Virus record (IMG/VR): IMGVR_UViG_3300017766_001548
Coordinates: 1 to 25,238 of that record
Direction: 5' to 3' (one strand)
Length of the DNA: 25,238 bases
DNA from: a virus
Taxonomy: Duplodnaviria > Caudoviricetes
The notes under the pieces are model-generated. The model had not been told where the DNA came from and searched no databases. It was given only the letters and a program-made list of their open reading frames with translations. The position numbers and the translations under genes are program-made. Positions 1-9,598 of this stretch are shown here, piece by piece (within the stretch, counting starts at the first letter, position 1; every line of letters starts with the position of its first letter).

Positions 1-88
1 CTTCTTTTTCACTCAAGCTAGCGTCATCACTTGGTATACCACCATAGTAAGTTCTTCTAATCTGTTCTATAAGTACTCTTCTTGTCAT
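1..88 (-). CDS. 5' part of virion tail ring/tubular protein (truncated by window edge; not in ORF track)
   Basis: ATG at 88 overlaps the upstream TGA (ATGA). Reads MTRRVLIEQIRRTYYGGIPSDDASLSEKE; GG.PSDD-type N-terminus and position resemble crAss-like ring proteins. Confidence 0.55.
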   Translation of the reverse strand, partial: MTRRVLIEQIRRTYYGGIPSDDASLSEKE

Positions 89-753
89 AGACCATCATTT
101 TTAACTAACTGAGCAGCTCTCATCAAATCACCATCCTTCAAATTAATACCTATAATTCCTATAGCCCTATATATAATTTCATAAACATCCGTATCGCCCC
201 ATTCTAGAGATACGCCATTAGCAGGAACACTATTTTCCGAATCCCAAACAAGATTGCCAGTATAAGCCCACTTTAATTCTTGTGGATTCCTAATATATGT
301 GATTCTAACCAAACTTATTGTACTAGGAAAAAACTTATATTGATGACCTAATTCATAGTATATAGGTTCTGTATTAGTTGGTGGGTCTATAGCATTTCCT
401 AAATAAGACGCAAGCTTATCTGAGGATACATATCTTATTGGATGATTATCATCTGATGTTCTAAATCCAATAGTCTTAAATAAACCAGTAGGCTTTAACG
501 CTAGTTGGTTAGTAACACCATAATTCTGTTCCATTAAAAATGTAGATAGTGTGTCAGCAACAACTGCAGAAGTAGACATACCTACTGGATTTTTTGGATT
601 CCTATTAGGCCCACCTGTATCATCAGTAAGAAATGATAAATACTGGTATTGTGCCATATTAATGACCATGTTGAAGTCATCTGGAGACAAATAAGTGCCT
701 TGGTACTTGTCAACCAAATACGACACCAGCTTATAAACTTCATTAATATTCAT
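85..753 (-). CDS. Putative tail ring/tubular (head-tail adaptor) protein, 222 aa
   Basis: Start moved to ATG 753 (MNINEVYK) because the longer ORF runs through a terminator and promoter. YLSPDDFNMVINMAQ and RITYIRNP motifs; second gene after the capsid gene. Confidence 0.65.
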   Translation of the reverse strand: MNINEVYKLVSYLVDKYQGTYLSPDDFNMVINMAQYQYLSFLTDDTGGPNRNPKNPVGMSTSAVVADTLSTFLMEQNYGVTNQLALKPTGLFKTIGFRTSDDNHPIRYVSSDKLASYLGNAIDPPTNTEPIYYELGHQYKFFPSTISLVRITYIRNPQELKWAYTGNLVWDSENSVPANGVSLEWGDTDVYEIIYRAIGIIGINLKDGDLMRAAQLVKNDGL

Positions 754-757
754 ATTG

Positions 758-765
758 CAAATATA
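758..765 (-). promoter_or_regulatory. Bacteroidota sigmaA -7 box TATATTTG
   Basis: Matches TAnnTTTG; 4 nt upstream of ATG 753. Confidence 0.7.
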
Positions 766-799
766 AACAAAAATCCCGCTGACAAGAATGCCGCGGGAT
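766..799 (-). terminator. Intrinsic terminator
   Basis: ATCCCGC/GCGGGAT stem followed by TTTTTGTTT on the minus strand, downstream of 832..1743. Confidence 0.7.
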
Positions 800-831
800 A
801 CCAATCAAACCATAAGAAACACAAAGCTATG

Positions 832-1743
832 TTAATCGGCTAAAGTTTTAAGTTGTGCGTAAAACTCTTTGCCTTTTTCTGTCAAACTAAACTCAGAAAG
901 GAACGTCAAAGTATCCTTATTATCTGGAATCTGTGCAATAAACTTCTTTGTGTCACCCCAAACAGCTTGACCCTTCATGGTAGATAGGTCAATCATGCCT
1001 ACCTGCATTGCTTTTGAAACCAAATATTGAACCTTAACTAATGGGTTATTATATGTCTTAATAAAGGTTTCTGGATTCTTCTCTGCATAAGAAAGGTAGT
1101 CTACTCTAATAGCTCTTTCTGACCTTTCTACACCATATCCATTTATAAACTTAATCCCTAAGAATTTAGCATGTGGGATAAATACCTCAACAGGAGCTTC
1201 CATAGCCATTTTCATAGCCTCCATCTTTCTCTCTGTTTTAGCAACCTCTTTCTCTTCTTGCTCTTCAAAATCTAGCATAGTATATATTGCTCTACTACCA
1301 GACATCTTGTTAGACTTTTTGTCAAACATGTTACTGCTAGTCAAGAATTTAATCAAAGTTGGCTTATTAGCAGGAACTCTTAAAAATCCTTTTGAGAATC
1401 TAATGTCTGGTCTTTGTATCTTTTTAGCCTCAGATAAATGCTCTTGTTCATCTTCAAAAATAGTACTAACCCCTTCTAAATACCTAATGTTCCTTTCTGT
1501 ATTAGTTTCCTCATCATAAATAACATCGGTATTTTTTAAAAGGAAGTTCTCTGGGTATTGGCTAAACTGACTGTTAGTATAGAACTTACCTGTAAGTTGG
1601 AAAACGTATTCCTTTGGTTCAGCCTTCTTTTTTTGAATTGGTTGTACTTTAATATCAGAAACTTCTGAATGTTCTTCAACCTTGGTAATTACGTCTACAA
1701 GGTCTCCATTTTCGTTAATGGTTTTCTTTACGTTTTTTGACAT
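832..1743 (-). CDS. Conserved morphogenesis-region protein following the MCP gene, 303 aa
   Basis: RNIRY...TIFEDEQ...F..GFLRVP...PTL..FL pattern; synteny immediately after MCP as in related Bacteroidota podoviruses. Confidence 0.55.
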   Translation of the reverse strand: MSKNVKKTINENGDLVDVITKVEEHSEVSDIKVQPIQKKKAEPKEYVFQLTGKFYTNSQFSQYPENFLLKNTDVIYDEETNTERNIRYLEGVSTIFEDEQEHLSEAKKIQRPDIRFSKGFLRVPANKPTLIKFLTSSNMFDKKSNKMSGSRAIYTMLDFEEQEEKEVAKTERKMEAMKMAMEAPVEVFIPHAKFLGIKFINGYGVERSERAIRVDYLSYAEKNPETFIKTYNNPLVKVQYLVSKAMQVGMIDLSTMKGQAVWGDTKKFIAQIPDNKDTLTFLSEFSLTEKGKEFYAQLKTLAD

Positions 1744-1764
1744 TTCTTAAAAATTTGATTTGCA

Positions 1765-1772
1765 CAAATATA
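1765..1772 (-). promoter_or_regulatory. Bacteroidota -7 box TATATTTG
   Basis: TAnnTTTG 21 nt upstream of ATG 1743. Confidence 0.7.
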
Positions 1773-1775
1773 CAT

Positions 1776-1804
1776 AAAAAAAAGACCCCACATTGCGTGG
1801 GGCC
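1776..1804 (-). terminator. Intrinsic terminator after major capsid gene
   Basis: GGCCCCAC-GCAAT-GTGGGGTC followed by T8 on the minus strand. Confidence 0.85.
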
Positions 1805-1830
1805 CTTTATTTAGAGTCAAAAACTAATCG

Positions 1831-3165
1831 TTACGGCTTAACAGCGATGTATTGATTTGCAGCAAACACCTGGATACCGCAGTATGACATGTGATGCACA
1901 TTCAATTCCATTTTGTCGCTAGTTGGAACCTTAGCAAGAGCACCAGTTTCCCAAACCTTAACTTCTTTTCCTGGCTCTACCTCATTGTAAACAATGCGAA
2001 GAGAAGGAAGTTTGTCACCAGTTTGAGCATCACGGCCTTCCTTCATTGGAACAAGGATACCGAACTCTTTGTAGTACTCAGCACTAGGAGCAACACCATA
2101 TACAGCCTCAGCGTTAAATGGCAAGTACTTCTTCAAGTGGAATGTTACGCCACCAACTTTGATAGAATCAAAGCCGTATTTAACAGCAACATCTTGAGAA
2201 CCACCAACAGAAGCCCACTGGATTGCACCAGCTGTATACTTATCAAACAATGCGTCATCAATTCTAGAACGCAAGTAGCTATCCATCAAGAAATGATACT
2301 CAGAAGCACCACCATTGAAGTCAGCAAGACGTGCAATAGAATGGAAGTCAGCAATAGTAAAACCTGCAACAGCGTTCCACTGATGTGTCTGTCCGTTAGC
2401 CTCAATTTGAGGAACAAGACCGGTGATACCAGTGCTACCGATTTGAGCATCAGTAGATGGCTTACCGAACATCAATTTGAACTCTTTGTTGTTCATGAAA
2501 CGGCGAACAGCTTCATCCAAACCTTTGTAGGTGTAGTAAGACTGACCGTTAACTTCAAAATACAACTCTTCAATCTTAGCTCTGTCGCTGATTGTGAAGT
2601 CTTCACGGATTTCAGTTGTATTGAAGATTTTCTTTTCAGTCAAACCAGTCAAAGAATTGAACTTGCTAGATGCTTCACCAGCTTCGGTAATACCACGGAA
2701 CAACAAGAAAGATGTTGAGTTAGCACCAAGGTCAGTATTAGCATCAATAGCAGCATCAAGCGGCTTGATAGTGCAAGCTGTAGCTGAAGCAACTGCTGTG
2801 ATTTTGTACTGAACACCAGTAGCTGCATTTTCAACTACTTCACCTACGCGAAGTGGGCTACGTCCTCCATTTACATAACCAGCTGCGATTGCTACGTTAA
2901 CTGCTGCACCTGCTGCTACGTTATCAAGAGCACCACCATCAAGCTGTACAGCTGAATGAAGTTTGCCTCTTGATTCAAAGTGAAAATACTCTCTAGAAGG
3001 AACTGTAGCCTTCATTCCAAGAGCTTCCAAAAGTTGAGCATAGTTCTGTGAACCATACTTCTCAATAAACTGTGGGTAATACTGTGGCTTTAGGATAGAC
3101 AAGTCACTCATAAATGACCTTGTAACACCTGAAAGTTGCACATTACCTGTTTGTGATACTGGCAT
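1831..3165 (-). CDS. Major capsid protein (HK97 fold, crAss-like type), 444 aa
   Basis: Follows portal and scaffold; strongly biased codons; own terminator; GITGLVPQIEANG, YGFDSIKVGGVTFH and C-terminal HHMSYCGIQV segments. Confidence 0.85.
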   Translation of the reverse strand: MPVSQTGNVQLSGVTRSFMSDLSILKPQYYPQFIEKYGSQNYAQLLEALGMKATVPSREYFHFESRGKLHSAVQLDGGALDNVAAGAAVNVAIAAGYVNGGRSPLRVGEVVENAATGVQYKITAVASATACTIKPLDAAIDANTDLGANSTSFLLFRGITEAGEASSKFNSLTGLTEKKIFNTTEIREDFTISDRAKIEELYFEVNGQSYYTYKGLDEAVRRFMNNKEFKLMFGKPSTDAQIGSTGITGLVPQIEANGQTHQWNAVAGFTIADFHSIARLADFNGGASEYHFLMDSYLRSRIDDALFDKYTAGAIQWASVGGSQDVAVKYGFDSIKVGGVTFHLKKYLPFNAEAVYGVAPSAEYYKEFGILVPMKEGRDAQTGDKLPSLRIVYNEVEPGKEVKVWETGALAKVPTSDKMELNVHHMSYCGIQVFAANQYIAVKP

Positions 3166-3188
3166 ATTTAATGTTTTTAAATTATTAA

Positions 3189-4313
3189 TTATAAACTAAA
3201 CAACTTCGCTACCATTGCATCATAGTCATTATTAGAACTTGAAGACGCTCCAACTCTTGGAGAATCGTTATAATCAATGTTCTTCATAGCCTTAAGAAGG
3301 TCGGCCTTTGATTTTGACACAGCCTGTGTAATCAAAGAGTTGACAATCTTATCCCTATTTTGCAAGAAGTAGACATCTTCTGCGAGCTGCTTAGTGTCGT
3401 ACTTACCATCCTTGTAGTATCGAGCACCATAAAACTCCTCTAAATCAAACTGTTGTAATGAATCTGTAAGACCAGCCTTTTCTTCCGGAGTTAGGCTATA
3501 CTTACCGTCAAATTGAACATCCTCGTCCTTGTAGCTGACGTTAAATCCATCAAACTGTTTTAAGCCGTCTGAGAGCGAAGAAACATATTGTTGTCTTGCT
3601 TGCTCATAAAGCTTGTTGTCTTCTGCTTCTTGCACTTGAAAGAACTCGTTCAAAACTTCTTCAGGGTTTGTTTGAGGCCCTAAGTTCTGAATTTGACTTA
3701 ATATATCTGGAAACGAAATTTCTTCTCTCATGCTTGAAAGATAATCCTTAGCCGCACCAACCTCTTTCTTCAATTCCCTTGCCATTGCCTTAGATGCCCT
3801 TTCAATCTTTTTATTGTGTTGAGCAATTTCTTCATCACTCATTAGCATCCTATCTACATCATCCTCAACACTAAATTTAGAGCTAAACTCTTCTTCAATT
3901 TCTTCTGGAGTTAAGTCTGGATAATCATAAGCCATTTTAAGCTTTACGATATCAGAGTCACTCATACTGTCCAAACTAGAAAGAACTTTTTGCTCATATA
4001 TCATATCTGCTAAATCAGATATATTCCCACTAACAAGATTATTGTATATATCTCTAGCAGTTTCATTTGGCCACTCAAACACAAATCCAGAATCTTCTTC
4101 ATCATCTTCTGATGGCTCTGATAAAACAGTTTCAGAGGCTTCGTTAAATTCTTGTGGAGATTCTACACTTGTTTCTGCTTGTGTTGGCTCTGATACCTCT
4201 GTGCTTACTTCTTCATTCTTTAATTCTGTCTCTGTAGCTTGTGAATTTACTTCTTGGCTAGGAGATTCTGAATAGTTGGACTGGTCGAATGGATTAAAAT
4301 TCGTTTCTGACAT
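3189..4313 (-). CDS. Putative capsid scaffolding/assembly protein, 374 aa
   Basis: Very acidic low-complexity N-terminus, helical body, located between portal and MCP. Confidence 0.65.
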   Translation of the reverse strand: MSETNFNPFDQSNYSESPSQEVNSQATETELKNEEVSTEVSEPTQAETSVESPQEFNEASETVLSEPSEDDEEDSGFVFEWPNETARDIYNNLVSGNISDLADMIYEQKVLSSLDSMSDSDIVKLKMAYDYPDLTPEEIEEEFSSKFSVEDDVDRMLMSDEEIAQHNKKIERASKAMARELKKEVGAAKDYLSSMREEISFPDILSQIQNLGPQTNPEEVLNEFFQVQEAEDNKLYEQARQQYVSSLSDGLKQFDGFNVSYKDEDVQFDGKYSLTPEEKAGLTDSLQQFDLEEFYGARYYKDGKYDTKQLAEDVYFLQNRDKIVNSLITQAVSKSKADLLKAMKNIDYNDSPRVGASSSSNNDYDAMVAKLFSL

Positions 4314-4329
4314 GGTTGATTAATTTATG

Positions 4330-4337
4330 CAAATATA
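4330..4337 (-). promoter_or_regulatory. Bacteroidota -7 box TATATTTG (scaffold-MCP unit)
   Basis: TAnnTTTG in the 31-nt intergenic gap. Confidence 0.7.
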
Positions 4338-4344
4338 TAAATAA

Positions 4345-6651
4345 TTATTGTTGAGGAGCTTGTTGCTCTTCTTGTTGTTCCATCTGTTGTTGTTGAGCTT
4401 GCTGCATAGCCATCATTTCCTGCATCTTCTTTTGCTGCTCTTCTTGGAAATATTGTCCTACAATAGCTTGCATTTCTTCGGTCAAAGGTCTATCCAATTC
4501 AAATGCTTTAAGCAATGCTTCTTGAACAAATTTCTGAGTAAGCAACTGTTTTTCTAGTTTAGATTCTGCATCTACAATTGCTATTTTTGCTTGAGCCTCT
4601 AACTGTTTTAGTTGTGCATCAGCCTCAGCTTTTGCCATTATTGATTGTTGCTGTGATTGGGCATTCATTTGTGAATTTTGTTGAGCCCTTTCCATATCCT
4701 CTCTAAGCTTTTTTCTTTTAGCCTTAGATAAGTACATTTCTGCAAGCTTTTGATTCTTGATATTCTTAACCCTAAAAGCATCCTCAAATTCAATTGCATT
4801 TGCAGATAAAGCAGTCTGAATCAATGAGTTAAGATATTGTCTTTCCCCGTCATCTGGAAGTGCCTCAACCATTATATCAAACTCCTTGTCTTTAACTTCA
4901 TTTTCAGTTAAATACTCTCTATACTGTTTTCCGCCATATAAAACAGAATCATATAGTAATATAGAAATCTTATATGCTGTTTGTTTAAATACATTCAAAT
5001 ATCCATCATATAAAAAGTCCGTTGCATTATTAGAGGCAGATAACTGTTGTTGTTGAACTCCAAGACCCAATTTAGGATTTACAGACGCACCTTCTCTATA
5101 CTCGTTTACACCAATCTCATCTCTAAGTCTTGATAAGTAGTGATTGTATACAGTTATAAGTTCTTGAATCTGTCCTATACTACCAGCATTTGGAGCTTCT
5201 GAAATAGGAACACCATTCATACTGTCTCCATCCTCAGTCTTTCTTCTATAATATATATTTCCTGTTTGGTCATATATCTGTTGAATTTCAAGAGGACTAA
5301 TGTTTTTCCCTTGACCAAGACTAATATCTGTAAGTGCGTCAATATCAATAATTAAACCAGATGGTCTAAGTTTTGCTACAAGTTGTTGAATTTTTAAGTG
5401 AGCTAGTGTCATTTGCCTGATAGAAGTCTCCATTCTTTCAGGTATTGCCATGTTCTCTAAATCAAGATTCTCATGCATATACATGCTGTAGCTAAAAAAT
5501 ACATCAGCAATCTCTCTTGGAGATGATGGCTTAATCATGTTTTTTGCAACTCCCCATTCAAGCATAATATCAGAGTGCATAACAAATACACCTCTGTATA
5601 TTACCTGCATATTCTTTTTTATAAGCTCTTTGTTATCTCCAACTCTTTGAGGTTCTTTGTCTTTTCTTTCTACAATAAGATTACCAAACTTGTTTGTTCT
5701 AGCTTGATATATTACAGAATCTACACTTTTGATTTCAAAGTCTAACGTATCAACAGTCCAGTCATCATAAGGCCTGTCAATATTATATCTAAACTTCTCT
5801 TCCCATTTTACAGAAGATGTATAGTTTCTAGATTTTAGAGAAATCTTATAAAGTTTCTCTTCATCCATATCTGGATACATTTCTCTAATATCAGAAATCT
5901 TTAATGATATTACCTCTCCAATAAATGAAACATCCCTAAAGTCATCATAGTCTGAGTAGGCGTAAATAAGATTTTCCGGTATTACCCTTCTTATACTAAT
6001 CTTACCTGTTTTATTAACAGATACCTTAGTACACATTAAACCTGTTTCTATAATATCTTCTAGAAGCTTTCTCTTTATCGCATCCCATCCACTGTTATTT
6101 AATACAGTAGCAATCCCTTTCTCAAACATTATTTCTTCTGGTAGCTGATGCTCAGAACCAAAAAACAACTCTAGTTCCTCATAATCTTCTGGTGTATATG
6201 CCTTATCTGGCATTATTTTAAATCCAGCTAATTCTTCAACCTGTTTTACCTCTGGGCCATAATTCATCCTAAACTCAGCCTCTTCCCTTTCGTACATTTT
6301 TCTTTCTGTAGATACAGGGTCAACTGCAGTAATCTTTATCTTTTCTTCTCTCTTAATAAAACCACCAATCATCACTTGTATAAACTTAGGTGCGATTGCC
6401 GGAGCTTTCATATCAAGGTTTACAAAAGCCTCTTTACCATCTACATTAAGTAAATCTAGGAACTCAGACATTGGCTGTCTACCTCTAGAGAACTTTCTGT
6501 TCTTTTCAAACTTCTTGTTTCTCTTGGTATAATAACCACTATTAAATGCCTTCTCAAGGAACTTAGATATTTTCAATCCTTCCTTTTCATCCCTTTTGGA
6601 CTTAACCGTGCTGAGGTGGAAATTTAATATTTCCTTATTATTTTTTTCCAT
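4345..6651 (-). CDS. Portal protein (P22/crAss-like type), 768 aa
   Basis: Directly after TerL; IYDQTGNIYYR, IGVNEYREGA, LGVQQQQLSASNNAT segments; Q/M/E-rich C-terminal coiled-coil barrel. Confidence 0.85.
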   Translation of the reverse strand: MEKNNKEILNFHLSTVKSKRDEKEGLKISKFLEKAFNSGYYTKRNKKFEKNRKFSRGRQPMSEFLDLLNVDGKEAFVNLDMKAPAIAPKFIQVMIGGFIKREEKIKITAVDPVSTERKMYEREEAEFRMNYGPEVKQVEELAGFKIMPDKAYTPEDYEELELFFGSEHQLPEEIMFEKGIATVLNNSGWDAIKRKLLEDIIETGLMCTKVSVNKTGKISIRRVIPENLIYAYSDYDDFRDVSFIGEVISLKISDIREMYPDMDEEKLYKISLKSRNYTSSVKWEEKFRYNIDRPYDDWTVDTLDFEIKSVDSVIYQARTNKFGNLIVERKDKEPQRVGDNKELIKKNMQVIYRGVFVMHSDIMLEWGVAKNMIKPSSPREIADVFFSYSMYMHENLDLENMAIPERMETSIRQMTLAHLKIQQLVAKLRPSGLIIDIDALTDISLGQGKNISPLEIQQIYDQTGNIYYRRKTEDGDSMNGVPISEAPNAGSIGQIQELITVYNHYLSRLRDEIGVNEYREGASVNPKLGLGVQQQQLSASNNATDFLYDGYLNVFKQTAYKISILLYDSVLYGGKQYREYLTENEVKDKEFDIMVEALPDDGERQYLNSLIQTALSANAIEFEDAFRVKNIKNQKLAEMYLSKAKRKKLREDMERAQQNSQMNAQSQQQSIMAKAEADAQLKQLEAQAKIAIVDAESKLEKQLLTQKFVQEALLKAFELDRPLTEEMQAIVGQYFQEEQQKKMQEMMAMQQAQQQQMEQQEEQQAPQQ

Positions 6652-6659
6652 ATACTTAG

Positions 6660-6667
6660 CAAAAGTA
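6660..6667 (-). promoter_or_regulatory. Bacteroidota -7 box TACTTTTG
   Basis: TAnnTTTG in the 20-nt gap between terL and portal. Confidence 0.65.
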
Positions 6668-6671
6668 CAAA

Positions 6672-8687
6672 TTAGATTGTTAGTTTGTACGTTCTCAGTG
6701 GAATAGAGCTAGATACCTTATCTTGCTTCTTGCTTTCTAGGGATACCCCAGATAACAAACTTATCATAAAAGCCACACTTCTATCGTATATAGTCCTATG
6801 CTCATGGTCATACTGCAACAGTTCCTCTAATAGGTCCATAAATACAATCTTATCACAATGACTTTCTATATAAGATATACAAGTATCTAACTGCCTAGCC
6901 ATCGCAAACGCGTCACCCGAAGTTACGCCGAACTTCTGAACCTTCATTCTTCTGTTCTTATCTATAGCCGATTCTGGAGTTTTCATTAGATAACCCCTAA
7001 ACCCTTTGTTAGAAAAATAGTCTACAAAGTCATCGCCAACGTCATTTTCGTAACAAGCCTTATATCCCCAATAAGTAGCAGCTTTTAACATCTCATCGTG
7101 GAACATAGACTTTAGCCTAGGTCTACCAACATATTCAGCTATTGGCATACCTGTGTTATTTGGGTCATTTATATCAAGCCTTTCAAATACATAACAGGTT
7201 CCCATAGAACCTTTTCCGGATATTACAGATGATTTAAATGGGTCAATACCAGATACATACTTCTGAGTATTTCCTGGAGTTATAGAACCATCTCTCTCAA
7301 TCCTTGTATTTTCTTCTCCCTTAACAGGAAACTTATATACCTGCCAATCTCCATTAGGGTCATCAGCCCAGTCTACATTTTTATCATCTTTCCAAAAAAG
7401 CCTTACTCTCCTGAGCATTGTACGTTGCTCTTTTAGGAAGTCTATTTGGTTATATATTTTATCTGCATTAAAATAACACTTCTTAGAATCAATCATAAAA
7501 GCTTCTTCCTCAGAAAAAGGATTCATCCTTATTTCTTCAGATAATGCATCTTTATCCGTTATCTTCTTTCTTTGATTCAATAAATATTCTCTTGCTCCTA
7601 GTTCAATCTTAAATCCATACTTTTCTAGAATAAAATCCTGCTGTTCTTCTGTTGGAGTATTAATTATTGACTTTCCATACCTATCAATAAAACCTTCATA
7701 TCCATCATATGCCGGACAGAAATACCTATATAGCCCATTAGAAGTATATGGGTCATCAAAATGATTTGATGTTTCAAATATCAACTTAAATGGCTCTCCT
7801 CCACTTTTGGCATCGTTAGCTGTAGATGGCATAAGACAGAATCCAACCTTAATTGCACCCTTAGACATAGTCTTCTTTACGATGGGCCAATACTTATTTA
7901 CTGGAACTTCTTTTGGCCATTTACCTGCCTCATCCATAAGTAGTGCTGTAACCCTTCCAGAGTCATAAGAGTTCAAAGCCGTATTTTTCCAATTAATCTT
8001 AGATTCAAGACCAATGTCATCATCATACATCTGCCCTTTTTCTCTAACCTTAACCTTACGCTTGTCTTTCTTTTTTCTAAATACTATCTCGGTTTTTGTG
8101 TCATCTTCTTCTACCCTTGGCTTCAAGAATACAGGTAGATTTCTATACCCATTCATAACCATATATACAAAAGCATCAGATGCGTCCTTACCAGTTTTTG
8201 ATATAATTCCACAAAAAGACTTCTTTTGAGTAATTGCCTTCCATACAAGATAACAAGTAGCTTGAGATGTAGCACCCTCTCTACGCTTCTTGATTCTTAT
8301 TATACCATAACATTGTGGCAGCTTTTCGCAGTATTCTTGAAAGTAGAAATATTTTCTATCAACTTCCCTATAATCTGGGTAGTCTCCATTTTCTAGTATC
8401 CAATAATTCAAATAGAAGTAGTGTAGTCCTGTAATATATGTTACTTCACCCTCATTCATATACCAATATCCCTTGCCTATTTTTTCACCTTCTTTTATGA
8501 TAAATGATTCTTGCTCTTCGCTATATATAGCATTTCCGCTTTCATCATATTCTAATTCATTAAATATATCTGGTATTTCTATCCTTCTAAAATATTGTTC
8601 TTTTATAGGCAAGTCATGTCCATCACAGGTCTTTGGGACATCTGGAGTAGCATATGTAATTCCGTATATTTCGTGTTTTTGTTTCAA
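6672..8687 (-). CDS. terL: Terminase large subunit, 671 aa (TTG start)
   Basis: YITGLHYFYLNY, Walker A-like KKRREGATS, Walker B LLMDEAGKW, coupling motif STA, RNase H-like nuclease VSGIDP...YEND...YDRSVA. Confidence 0.92.
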   Translation of the reverse strand: MKQKHEIYGITYATPDVPKTCDGHDLPIKEQYFRRIEIPDIFNELEYDESGNAIYSEEQESFIIKEGEKIGKGYWYMNEGEVTYITGLHYFYLNYWILENGDYPDYREVDRKYFYFQEYCEKLPQCYGIIRIKKRREGATSQATCYLVWKAITQKKSFCGIISKTGKDASDAFVYMVMNGYRNLPVFLKPRVEEDDTKTEIVFRKKKDKRKVKVREKGQMYDDDIGLESKINWKNTALNSYDSGRVTALLMDEAGKWPKEVPVNKYWPIVKKTMSKGAIKVGFCLMPSTANDAKSGGEPFKLIFETSNHFDDPYTSNGLYRYFCPAYDGYEGFIDRYGKSIINTPTEEQQDFILEKYGFKIELGAREYLLNQRKKITDKDALSEEIRMNPFSEEEAFMIDSKKCYFNADKIYNQIDFLKEQRTMLRRVRLFWKDDKNVDWADDPNGDWQVYKFPVKGEENTRIERDGSITPGNTQKYVSGIDPFKSSVISGKGSMGTCYVFERLDINDPNNTGMPIAEYVGRPRLKSMFHDEMLKAATYWGYKACYENDVGDDFVDYFSNKGFRGYLMKTPESAIDKNRRMKVQKFGVTSGDAFAMARQLDTCISYIESHCDKIVFMDLLEELLQYDHEHRTIYDRSVAFMISLLSGVSLESKKQDKVSSSIPLRTYKLTI

Positions 8688-9299
8688 CTAGGTTACTTTT
8701 TTTACAAACTTATCAATCTTTACGGCAGTAACCTTACCGGTCCCTGTCAATGCAAATTTAAACCTACCAAACTCTTTAGCTTCTTCAAGCTTCATTATAT
8801 AGTCTTTCCTTCTAAGCCTAACAAGACATCCGTAATATGGTACTCCTGTATCATCCATATCTCTCAAAAAGTCACTCTTAGTAAAGTAATCATATCTATT
8901 GGCCCACAACAAAAATGCACATTCATCTGTTTTAAGATTCATAACATCTGTTAGTAGATTTACGTGACCTATAAATCTAGCAGGATTGTCAGACTTAAAA
9001 TAAGTCTTATTCATTTTCCTTACAGCTATATTATACCCTTCTTTCCTACCCTTAAGTTGATGTGACTTGTACCTACCACGAAGCTTCTCTAGTCTTTTAT
9101 TTACCCCCCATAGAACCTGACGCATTTTAAAGTTCTTATAGGATATTGTATTTATAGCCTTGTTCTTTTCTGCCCTAATTTCTTTCTTGTGTTCTATGTG
9201 TTTAGAGTTCCTATACTTCTCTACACGAGCCCTATCTAAGGCTTTTTTATAAGCCTCATATATTTCTTCTTTGCTATGATTGATGCTTAGTCTTTTCAT
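8688..9299 (-). CDS. Basic protein with probable C-terminal winged HTH, 203 aa
   Basis: K/R-rich N-half; ...LVRLRRKDYI...FALTGTGK wing signature. Confidence 0.5.
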   Translation of the reverse strand: MKRLSINHSKEEIYEAYKKALDRARVEKYRNSKHIEHKKEIRAEKNKAINTISYKNFKMRQVLWGVNKRLEKLRGRYKSHQLKGRKEGYNIAVRKMNKTYFKSDNPARFIGHVNLLTDVMNLKTDECAFLLWANRYDYFTKSDFLRDMDDTGVPYYGCLVRLRRKDYIMKLEEAKEFGRFKFALTGTGKVTAVKIDKFVKKVT

Positions 9300-9598
9300 T
9301 ATTTGCCGAACATCTCCTCAATGATTGGCTTTCTTCTAGCTTTGTCCTTGTCCTCATCTCCGCTAAGTTGATTGTCAATTCTTAGCTTTTTCAATACCTC
9401 ATTAATATCACCCACTGAATTAAATAGTTTGAGTACTCTTTCCCAAGAACCATCATCCTTATCCGCTAGGTCAAGTTGGGTTAAATCTTTATTGTTTAGT
9501 AATGTAGTGATTTCATTAAGCTTTCTGTTCAAAGCATAATATGCCCCTACAATACCATCAGCTTCGTACAGCTTTATTCTATCTTCTATCTTAGACAT
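9299..9598 (-). CDS. Putative terminase small subunit / packaging-associated protein, 99 aa
   Basis: Small helical protein two genes upstream of terL; position only. Confidence 0.4.
   Translation of the reverse strand: MSKIEDRIKLYEADGIVGAYYALNRKLNEITTLLNNKDLTQLDLADKDDGSWERVLKLFNSVGDINEVLKKLRIDNQLSGDEDKDKARRKPIIEEMFGK

Noticed and set aside
1891-2812. Long plus-strand ORFs antisense to the capsid gene (275 aa, 72 aa)
   Set aside because: Shadow ORFs produced by the biased codon usage of the MCP; no start context or protein-like motifs
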